Origin: an uncultured Bacillota bacterium
GTDB lineage: Bacteria; Bacillota; Dethiobacteria; DTU022; UBA8154
Reading direction: 5' to 3'
Assembly: GCA_937973635.1 (NCBI GenBank)
Contig: CALJJZ010000017.1
Span: 66,064 to 130,063 of the forward strand
Length of the DNA: 64,000 nt
Shown here: positions 57,802 to 64,000 of the stretch, one piece after another
Layout: every line of letters begins with the position of its first letter
Numbering within the stretch: position 1 is the first letter of the stretch
Notes under the pieces: model-generated
The model's database searches: none
The model's input: only the letters and a program-made list of their open reading frames with translations
Told to the model about the DNA's origin: nothing
Position numbers and translations under genes: made by a program

Positions 57802-57836
57802 TACCGCCATTATTTATTATATGACGAAAGAAAGGG

Positions 57837-59267
57837 ATGATTTTCCTGCACACACCGGGCCTGGTTATCGCCGGCACCCATAGCGGCGTAGGAAAGACAA
57901 CCCTCTGTATGGGTATCATGCAAGTCCTCAGCCAGTCAGAGACGGTACAGCCTTACAAAGTGGGTCCAGACTATATTGATCCCGCCTTCCATACCTTTAT
58001 TACTGGCCGCCCCTGCCGCAACCTTGATAGCTGGCTGCTGGAAGCAAGCACGCTGCGCTTCCTTTACAGCCGCAGCGCCAGCCACGGGGGCGTCAACCTG
58101 GTGGAGGGGGTCATGGGGCTCTATGATGGGGCAGGGGCCCACAGCAGGGAAGGCAGTACGGCCCAGATCGCCAAGCTCCTCGGCCTGCCCGTGGTGCTGG
58201 TAATGGACGGCCGGGGCATGGCGGCCAGCGCCGCCGCCTTGGTGCTGGGTTACCGCCGCTATGATCCTGAAGTGGATCTGTGCGCCGTGATCCTCAACAA
58301 CGTCTCCAGCGAAGGGCATTACCGCCTGCTCAAGGAGGCGGTGGAACGGGATACGGGTGTGCGGGTAGCCGGTTATCTGCCCCCCTGCCGGGAGATTGAA
58401 CTGGCCAGCCGGCACCTGGGGCTGGTCCCCCGGGAGGAAGTCCCCGCTTTACGGGAAAAACTGGCACAGCTGGGGGAGCTGATCCGGGCTACCCTGGACC
58501 TGGAGCTGCTTTTGCAGCTGGCGCAGCGCAGCAGGCCCGTCTTTGCCGCCCCACCGCCTCTGCCGGAGCCGTCGGCCGGAGCCGTCTCCCTGGCGGTAGC
58601 CCGGGACGCTGCGTTTAGCTTTTACTATGAGGACAACCTGGCGTTGCTGCGGGAGCTGGGGGCCGAGCTCTTCTTTTTCAGCCCCCTAGAAGCGCCGCGG
58701 CTGCCCGAGGGTTGCTGTGGCCTCTATTTGGGCGGCGGCTTTCCCGAAATTTTTGCCCAGGAGCTTGCCCTGAACAGCCCCCTTAAGGCGGAGATTAGGG
58801 CGGCTATTGCCGCGGGGATGCCCGTTTATGGAGAATGCGGCGGCCTTATGTACTTAAGTGAAGGGATCAAGACGCAGGAAGGGGCTTTTTTCCCCATGGT
58901 AGGCGCTTTTCCAGGAAAGGCGGAGATGACAGACCGCCTGCAACGTTTTGGCTATGTGGAGCTAGAGTTTAAAGCCGACAACCTGCTGGGCAAAGCGGGC
59001 GAAGGCATCCGGGCCCACGAGTTCCACTATTCGCGCCTGGTGGATATGGCAGCGGAAAACTGGTGTTTCCATGTCAGCCGCAAGCGGGACGGCGTGCTCC
59101 GGGACTCTTGGCCATGCGGCATTAGGCGGCAGCAGATGTTGGCTGCCTATCCCCACCTCCATTTTTACAGCAACCCCACCGTAGCCGTGAGCTTCCTGCA
59201 ATGCTGCCGGGCTTACGGGGCGGGCAAACTGATCCCACAACGAAAGGCCGGGAAGGAATATGTATAA
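57837..59267 (+). CDS. cbiA: Cobyrinic acid a,c-diamide synthase
   Basis: N-terminal ATP-binding IAGTHSGVGKTT, C-terminal glutamine amidotransferase domain (GECGG); 476 aa. Confidence 0.85.
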   Translation: MIFLHTPGLVIAGTHSGVGKTTLCMGIMQVLSQSETVQPYKVGPDYIDPAFHTFITGRPCRNLDSWLLEASTLRFLYSRSASHGGVNLVEGVMGLYDGAGAHSREGSTAQIAKLLGLPVVLVMDGRGMAASAAALVLGYRRYDPEVDLCAVILNNVSSEGHYRLLKEAVERDTGVRVAGYLPPCREIELASRHLGLVPREEVPALREKLAQLGELIRATLDLELLLQLAQRSRPVFAAPPPLPEPSAGAVSLAVARDAAFSFYYEDNLALLRELGAELFFFSPLEAPRLPEGCCGLYLGGGFPEIFAQELALNSPLKAEIRAAIAAGMPVYGECGGLMYLSEGIKTQEGAFFPMVGAFPGKAEMTDRLQRFGYVELEFKADNLLGKAGEGIRAHEFHYSRLVDMAAENWCFHVSRKRDGVLRDSWPCGIRRQQMLAAYPHLHFYSNPTVAVSFLQCCRAYGAGKLIPQRKAGKEYV

Positions 59268-59886
59268 ATTTATTAGCGATCCCCAGCAGATCGAAGAAAA
59301 AAGCATGGCCATTATCGACGAGCTCCTCGGGGAAAGGGCTTTCCCGCCGGGAGCAGCAGAGGTGATTAAGCGCGTCATCCATGCTACGGCAGACCTTGAA
59401 TACGGGGAGCTGACTGTCTTCTCCCCCGGCGCCCTGGAGGCTGCTCGCAGCGCCCTTAAGGGGCGGGGCTGTCAGCTGGTGGCCGATACGCAGATGATTG
59501 TGGCGGGCATTAACAAGGGGCTGTTGGCGCGTTGCGGCGGCGAAGCCGTCTCCTTTGTCGACGACAGGGAGGTGCGGGAGCTGGCGGCAAAAAAGGGAAT
59601 TACCCGTTCTATGGCGGCCATGCGCCACGCGGCCAGCCTTTTCCCCAGGGGGATCTATGTCATCGGCAATGCCCCCACGGCTCTTTTTGAGCTGCTGCAG
59701 CTGGTACAAGGAGGGGTGCTCCGCCCTGCCCTGGTGGTCGGCGTTCCCGTAGGCTTTGTGGGAGCGGCGGAAGCTAAGGAAGCGCTTATGCAGACGGACT
59801 TGCCCTCTATCACGACGAGGGGACGCAAGGGCGGCAGCACCGTGGCCGTGGCCGTGGTCAATGCCTTGTTAAAACTGTTTCTCTGA
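59260..59886 (+). CDS. cbiC: Cobalt-precorrin-8 methylmutase
   Basis: CbiC/CobH family signature (VIHATADLEY..., GNAPTAL); 208 aa. Confidence 0.85.
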   Translation: MYKFISDPQQIEEKSMAIIDELLGERAFPPGAAEVIKRVIHATADLEYGELTVFSPGALEAARSALKGRGCQLVADTQMIVAGINKGLLARCGGEAVSFVDDREVRELAAKKGITRSMAAMRHAASLFPRGIYVIGNAPTALFELLQLVQGGVLRPALVVGVPVGFVGAAEAKEALMQTDLPSITTRGRKGGSTVAVAVVNALLKLFL

Positions 59887-59901
59887 AAAAAAAACCTTGT
59901 C

Positions 59902-61089
59902 TTGTATCTTGCACGTAAGGGAGTGTTCGGCATAGAAAAGGAATTTGCCTGGGCATATACCATCAGCAAGGGGCGCAGGCTGCGCCGCGGCTATACCACC
60001 GGCAGCTGCGCCGCGGCGGCGGCCAAAGGGGCGACGGCCATGCTCTTTACCCCCCCAGGGGAAAAGGAGCCTGGAGAAGTGAGCATCCTCACCCCCGCCG
60101 GTGTGGAGCTGTGCCTTCCCTTGGCCGTAGCTGAACGCCGCCCCGGCGAAGCCTGCTGCGCCGTACGCAAAGACAGCGGGGACGACCCTGACCTGACGGA
60201 CGGTATCCTTGTCTATGCTCTGGCCCGGGAAAAGGAGGGAGCAGGCATTGTCCTCCAGGGCGGCCGGGGTGTCGGTGTGGTTACGCGACCGGGACTGCCT
60301 GTGGAGGTAGGCGAAGCGGCCATCAACCCTGTACCCCGGGCCATGATCTTGGAGGCGGTAGCCGGGGTTTTGCCTCCCGGCCGTGGCGTGGAGATAGTGC
60401 TCAGCATCCCCGCTGGGGAAGCCCTGGCCAAAAGGACTTTTAACCCCCGCCTGGGCATTGTGGGAGGGCTCTCGATCCTGGGCACCACGGGCATTGTGGA
60501 GCCCATGTCCGAAGAGGCATTCAAAGAGGTAATGACCCTAGAGCTGAAGCTCCTTACCCCGCAAAAGCGGCGCTTCCTCGTCCTTGTCCCCGGCAACCAG
60601 GGCCAAAAGGCGGCGCTGGAGCTGGGCCTGCCCGGGGAGAGGATCATCAAAATGAGCAATTTCGTGGGCTTCATGCTCGATCGCTGCTTGGAATACGGTG
60701 TGCAGGAGGTCCTGCTGCTAGGCCATATCGGCAAACTCTTCAAGGTGGCGGGGGGCGTCTTGCAAACCCACAGCCGTGTTGCTGACGCCCGCTTTGAAAT
60801 CTTTGCAGCCCATGCGGCCCTCCTTGGCGCCGGCAGAGAGCTGATCGCTAGGCTTGAGCAGTGCACCACGGCGGAGGCGATGTTGGAAGTGCTGGACACC
60901 CTCCCCGTAGCCGGGCTTTATGATCTCTTTGCCACCAAGGTAAGCGCCCGGGCCGAAAGCTACAGCGGTGGTGCCTTGCGCGTGGGCACCGTGCTCTTAA
61001 GCCAGAAACGCGGCGTACTCGGCCTAGATGCCAAGGCAAAATTTTTTTTGGAGGCATATGCATGTCCCCCATCTACGTGCTCGGAGTAG
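59902..61089 (+). CDS. cbiD: Cobalt-precorrin-5B (C1)-methyltransferase
   Basis: LRRGYTTGSCAAAA N-terminal motif typical of CbiD; start probably downstream of ORF track start. Confidence 0.85.
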   Translation: MYLARKGVFGIEKEFAWAYTISKGRRLRRGYTTGSCAAAAAKGATAMLFTPPGEKEPGEVSILTPAGVELCLPLAVAERRPGEACCAVRKDSGDDPDLTDGILVYALAREKEGAGIVLQGGRGVGVVTRPGLPVEVGEAAINPVPRAMILEAVAGVLPPGRGVEIVLSIPAGEALAKRTFNPRLGIVGGLSILGTTGIVEPMSEEAFKEVMTLELKLLTPQKRRFLVLVPGNQGQKAALELGLPGERIIKMSNFVGFMLDRCLEYGVQEVLLLGHIGKLFKVAGGVLQTHSRVADARFEIFAAHAALLGAGRELIARLEQCTTAEAMLEVLDTLPVAGLYDLFATKVSARAESYSGGALRVGTVLLSQKRGVLGLDAKAKFFLEAYACPPSTCSE

Positions 61090-61709
61090 GGCCTGGCGGG
61101 GCAGCTTATCTGCCGCCCCGCGCCAAGGAGCTGGCCGCAGCCTGCGACCTGCTCCTTGGCGGCCGGCGTAACCTTGCGCTTTTCGCCGGCCTCGGCGTGG
61201 AAAAACGGGAAATTGGCCGAGATCTGGAAGGGCTGCTAGATTTTGTGGCGGCAGTATACCGGCAGAAAAAGGTGGGCATCCTCGTTTCCGGCGATCCCGG
61301 CCTCTTCAGTCTGCTGGGCCCCTTGAAGCGCCGTTTTCCCCCGGAGGAGCTGGAGGTTGTCCCCGCCGTCAGCGCTTTGCAGTACCTCTTTGCCCGTATC
61401 TGCCTCCCCTGGCACGACGCCCTGATCCTCAGCCTGCATGGCCGGCCCCGGGAAACTTTTGCCGCCGAACTGGCCGCCGCAGTACGCCAGCACGCCAAAG
61501 TGGCTCTCTTTACGGACGGCACCAATACCCCTGCTTCCATCTGCAGGCTACTCCTAGAGCAAGGCATCGGGGAGCGCCTTGTGCATATCGGGGAAAACCT
61601 TTCCTACCCCGAAGAAAAACTATACCGGGGCAGCCTGGAGGAGTGTTGCGGCCTCAGCGTGGGGCCCCTTAATGTGATGGTGATTGTCGATGAAAAAAGA
61701 GAGGCCTAG
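61062..61709 (+). CDS. cbiE: Cobalt-precorrin-7 (C5)-methyltransferase CbiE
   Basis: Tetrapyrrole methylase fold IYVLGVGPGG... Confidence 0.8.
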   Translation: MSPIYVLGVGPGGAAYLPPRAKELAAACDLLLGGRRNLALFAGLGVEKREIGRDLEGLLDFVAAVYRQKKVGILVSGDPGLFSLLGPLKRRFPPEELEVVPAVSALQYLFARICLPWHDALILSLHGRPRETFAAELAAAVRQHAKVALFTDGTNTPASICRLLLEQGIGERLVHIGENLSYPEEKLYRGSLEECCGLSVGPLNVMVIVDEKREA

Positions 61710-62394
61710 CCTGCAAACAGGCGGGCGGGAAGAGCCGCTGCGCCGGGAAAAGGAAGTGGCGCCGCAGAAGGCAACGCTCCGGGACGGGACGGTAACCTGG
61801 GACTACCTTGCCCCCGGTATCCCCGACGAGCTTTTCTGCCGCGATGCCGCCGTCCCCATGACCAAAGAGGAGATCCGCTGTCTCTCCCTCTCCCGGCTGC
61901 GCCTTAAGCCCGAGCATACGCTCCTTGACGTGGGCGCGGGCAGCGGCTCCGTAAGCATCGAAAGCGCCCTGTTGCTGCGCCAGGGCAGGGTCATTGCTGT
62001 GGAAAAAGAAAAGAGGGCGCTGGCCTTGCTCCGGCAAAACGCCCAGCGCTTCGGCGTCTCCAACTTAGAGATTATCGAGGGCGCAGCCCCTGGTGCCCTG
62101 GCGGGGGTGGGCAGGGCCGACCGCATCTTTATCGGGGGAACGGGAGGGCGGCTGCCAGAGATCCTGGAAAGCTGCAGCGCCCTCCTTGTGCCAGGAGGAG
62201 TCCTGGTGTTTAATCTTCTCCTGCTGGAGAACCTGGCTGCTGCCCTGCACTGCTTGAAAGGGCTGCCCTTCGGTCCGCCTCAGGTTCTCTCTGCGGCCCT
62301 GGCCCGGGGGCAGCCCCTGGGCCAAAAGACGATGCTTGTACCCCTTAACCCTGTTTTTATCCTCAGCGCTCAAAAAGAGGAAGGAGGCCCCTAA
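61684..62394 (+). CDS. cbiT: Cobalt-precorrin-6B (C15)-methyltransferase (decarboxylating) CbiT
   Basis: Class I SAM-MTase motif LLDVGAGSGSVSIE; follows cbiE. Confidence 0.8.
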   Translation: MSMKKERPSLQTGGREEPLRREKEVAPQKATLRDGTVTWDYLAPGIPDELFCRDAAVPMTKEEIRCLSLSRLRLKPEHTLLDVGAGSGSVSIESALLLRQGRVIAVEKEKRALALLRQNAQRFGVSNLEIIEGAAPGALAGVGRADRIFIGGTGGRLPEILESCSALLVPGGVLVFNLLLLENLAAALHCLKGLPFGPPQVLSAALARGQPLGQKTMLVPLNPVFILSAQKEEGGP

Positions 62395-62396
62395 AC

Positions 62397-63113
62397 TTGA
62401 AAAGCGGCGTATTCTATGGCGTTGGCGTCGGCCCCGGCGACCCGAGACTGCTCACGCTTAAAGCGGTGGAACTTTTAAAGGCGGCCCGCGTGGTGGCGAC
62501 GCCCTGCGCGGCACCGGGCCAGGAGAGCCTAGCCCTGGCTGTAGCCAGGGAACACCTAGCCCCCGGCTGCCTGGTCTTGCCGCTCTATTTTCCCATGACC
62601 AAGGACGAGAAAAAGCTGGAGCAAGGATGGGCCCAGGCTCTTGCCGAAGTGTGCGCCCACCTGGACAGGGGCGAGGACGTGGTTTTTCTCACCCTTGGCG
62701 ATCCCATGCTTTACAGTACCTGCCTTTATCTCCTGCAGCGCCTACAAAAAGCCGGTTACGGGGTTAAAGTCGTCCCCGGTGTCCCTTCTTTTTGCGCTGC
62801 GGCTGCAGCCGCTGTTTTCCCCCTGGCCGCAGGGGAGGAACGCTTAGCCCTTCTTCCCTGGCCGGAGGGTGCCCCCCTGTCTCCCTCTCTGCTCCGTGCC
62901 TTTGACAGCGTGGCCCTGCTCAAAGTGGCCTCCCGGCTGGACGAAGCCATTGCGGCGCTGCAGCAGGCAGGCATGCTGGAAGAAAGCGTGTTGGTAAGCA
63001 ACTGCGGCAGCCCTGGGGAAAAGATCAGCAGGGAATTGAAAAAACTAGCAGGGGGAAAGGAGCCTGTGCCTTACCTTTCCCTGATCCTGGCAAGGAGGCA
63101 AAAAGAAGTTTAA
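62397..63113 (+). CDS. cbiL: Cobalt-precorrin-2 C20-methyltransferase
   Basis: FYGVGVGPGDPRLLTLKA tetrapyrrole methylase signature; TTG start. Confidence 0.8.
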   Translation: MKSGVFYGVGVGPGDPRLLTLKAVELLKAARVVATPCAAPGQESLALAVAREHLAPGCLVLPLYFPMTKDEKKLEQGWAQALAEVCAHLDRGEDVVFLTLGDPMLYSTCLYLLQRLQKAGYGVKVVPGVPSFCAAAAAAVFPLAAGEERLALLPWPEGAPLSPSLLRAFDSVALLKVASRLDEAIAALQQAGMLEESVLVSNCGSPGEKISRELKKLAGGKEPVPYLSLILARRQKEV

Positions 63114-63871
63114 TGGCTAAAGTCTATTTTGTGGGTGCCGGGCCCGGCGATCCGGAGCTGATTACCTTGAAAGGGGCCCGCCTGCTGGGGGAGGCCGACG
63201 TGCTCGTTTACGCCGGTTCCCTGGTAAACCCCCTCCTGCTCAAAAAAGTCCGCCCGGGCTGCCTCTGCTACGACAGCGCGAAGCTGACCCTGGCGGAGGT
63301 GATGGCGGTGATGCTCCCCGCTGCCCGGGAGGGAAAAACGGTGGTACGCCTGCACAGCGGCGACCCCAGTATCTATGGCGCTATCAGGGAGCAGCTGGCT
63401 CTCCTGGAGGCCGGCGGAGTCGACTGGGAGATTATCCCCGGCGTCAGCTCATTTACGGCTGCGGCCGCTTCCCTGGGCCGGGAGTACACCCTGCCCGGCG
63501 TCTCCCAGACCGTCATCCTCACGCGCATGGAAGGGAGGACGCCTGTGCCGACAGGGCAGGAGATCGCTGCCCTGGCCGCCCACCGGGCCTCCATGGTTAT
63601 CTTCCTTAGCGTGCAGCTGATTGAAAAAGTCGTGGAAGCATTGCTCGAGGGCTATCCTCCTGCCACGCCCGTAGCTGTAGTGCAGCGGGCTTCCTGGCCC
63701 CAGGAACGGACCATTGTCGGCACGCTGGCCGATATCGCCCCCCGGGTCAGAGAGGTGGGGATAGACCGCACCGCCCTTATCTTGGTAGGGGACTTCCTGG
63801 GGGATAAGTTTGCCCTCTCCCGGCTCTATGACGCCGCTTTTTCCCATGCTTTCCGGGAGGCGAAAGGATGA
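63113..63871 (+). CDS. cbiF: Cobalt-precorrin-4 C11-methyltransferase
   Basis: VYFVGAGPGDPELITLKG...VLVYAGSLV signature. Confidence 0.85.
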   Translation: MAKVYFVGAGPGDPELITLKGARLLGEADVLVYAGSLVNPLLLKKVRPGCLCYDSAKLTLAEVMAVMLPAAREGKTVVRLHSGDPSIYGAIREQLALLEAGGVDWEIIPGVSSFTAAAASLGREYTLPGVSQTVILTRMEGRTPVPTGQEIAALAAHRASMVIFLSVQLIEKVVEALLEGYPPATPVAVVQRASWPQERTIVGTLADIAPRVREVGIDRTALILVGDFLGDKFALSRLYDAAFSHAFREAKG

Positions 63872-64000
63872 AAACGGCGGTAGTGGCGCTCACGCCCGGC
63901 GGCCTGCGCACGGCGCGGCGTATCTGCCGTCTTTTGGCACGCCCTTTCCTTTTCTGCCCTTCCCCTTTACGGGTACAGGTAGAAGGGGCTCCGGCTGCAG
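63868..64000 (+). CDS. cbiG: Cobalt-precorrin-5A hydrolase CbiG, 5' fragment (continues beyond window)
   Basis: ATGA overlap with cbiF stop; MKTAVVALTPGGLRTARRI typical CbiG N-terminus. Confidence 0.55.
   Translation, partial: MKTAVVALTPGGLRTARRICRLLARPFLFCPSPLRVQVEGAPAA

Overview
This is a high-GC (about 58-60%) window from a Gram-positive, Clostridia-type chromosome, probably a thermophilic acetogen or sulfate reducer of the Peptococcaceae/Moorella type. It is densely coded, mostly on the + strand. The content falls into five blocks. (1) Nucleotides 1-7200 carry part of a GT4 glycosyltransferase gene, trxB-trxA, a Ku plus two-gene LigD end-joining module, an M24 peptidase and MgtC. (2) Nucleotides 8000-12925 hold the class III heat-shock operon ctsR-mcsA-mcsB-clpC with a CtsR box. 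(3) Nucleotides 13000-33800 form a roughly 21 kb segment between clpC and radA. It contains a lower-GC solitary Dam-like N6-adenine methyltransferase, the Wood-Ljungdahl carbonyl-branch cluster cooC-cooS/acsA-acsB-acsC-acsD-acsE-metV-metF, a YhaM-like nuclease, a TPR-HTH protein, YjbQ, an M23 peptidase, pyrC-pyrK-pyrD-pyrF and nfo. (4) Nucleotides 33846-46647 carry radA, carD, yacL, ispD, ispF, cysS, rlmB, yacP, sigH, tRNA-Gly, a STAS protein and znuA-znuC-znuB-zur. (5) Nucleotides 46644-64000 hold a large anaerobic cobalamin/tetrapyrrole locus built as two divergent operons. The minus-strand operon is cbiX-cbiMNQO-hemA. The plus-strand operon is sirC-hemC-cobA/hemD-hemB-hemL-cbiA-cbiC-cbiD-cbiE-cbiT-cbiL-cbiF-cbiG'. 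Each operon is preceded by its own cobalamin riboswitch, and the two riboswitches sit back-to-back in one 750 bp intergenic region. No CRISPR array, transposase or obvious defence island is present. The most unusual items are the divergent riboswitch pair that puts hemA under B12 control, the solitary methyltransferase cassette flanked by a duplicated terminator, several perfect palindromic candidate operators, and a few uncharacterised small proteins. All calls are made by eye from motifs, and gene starts are approximate.
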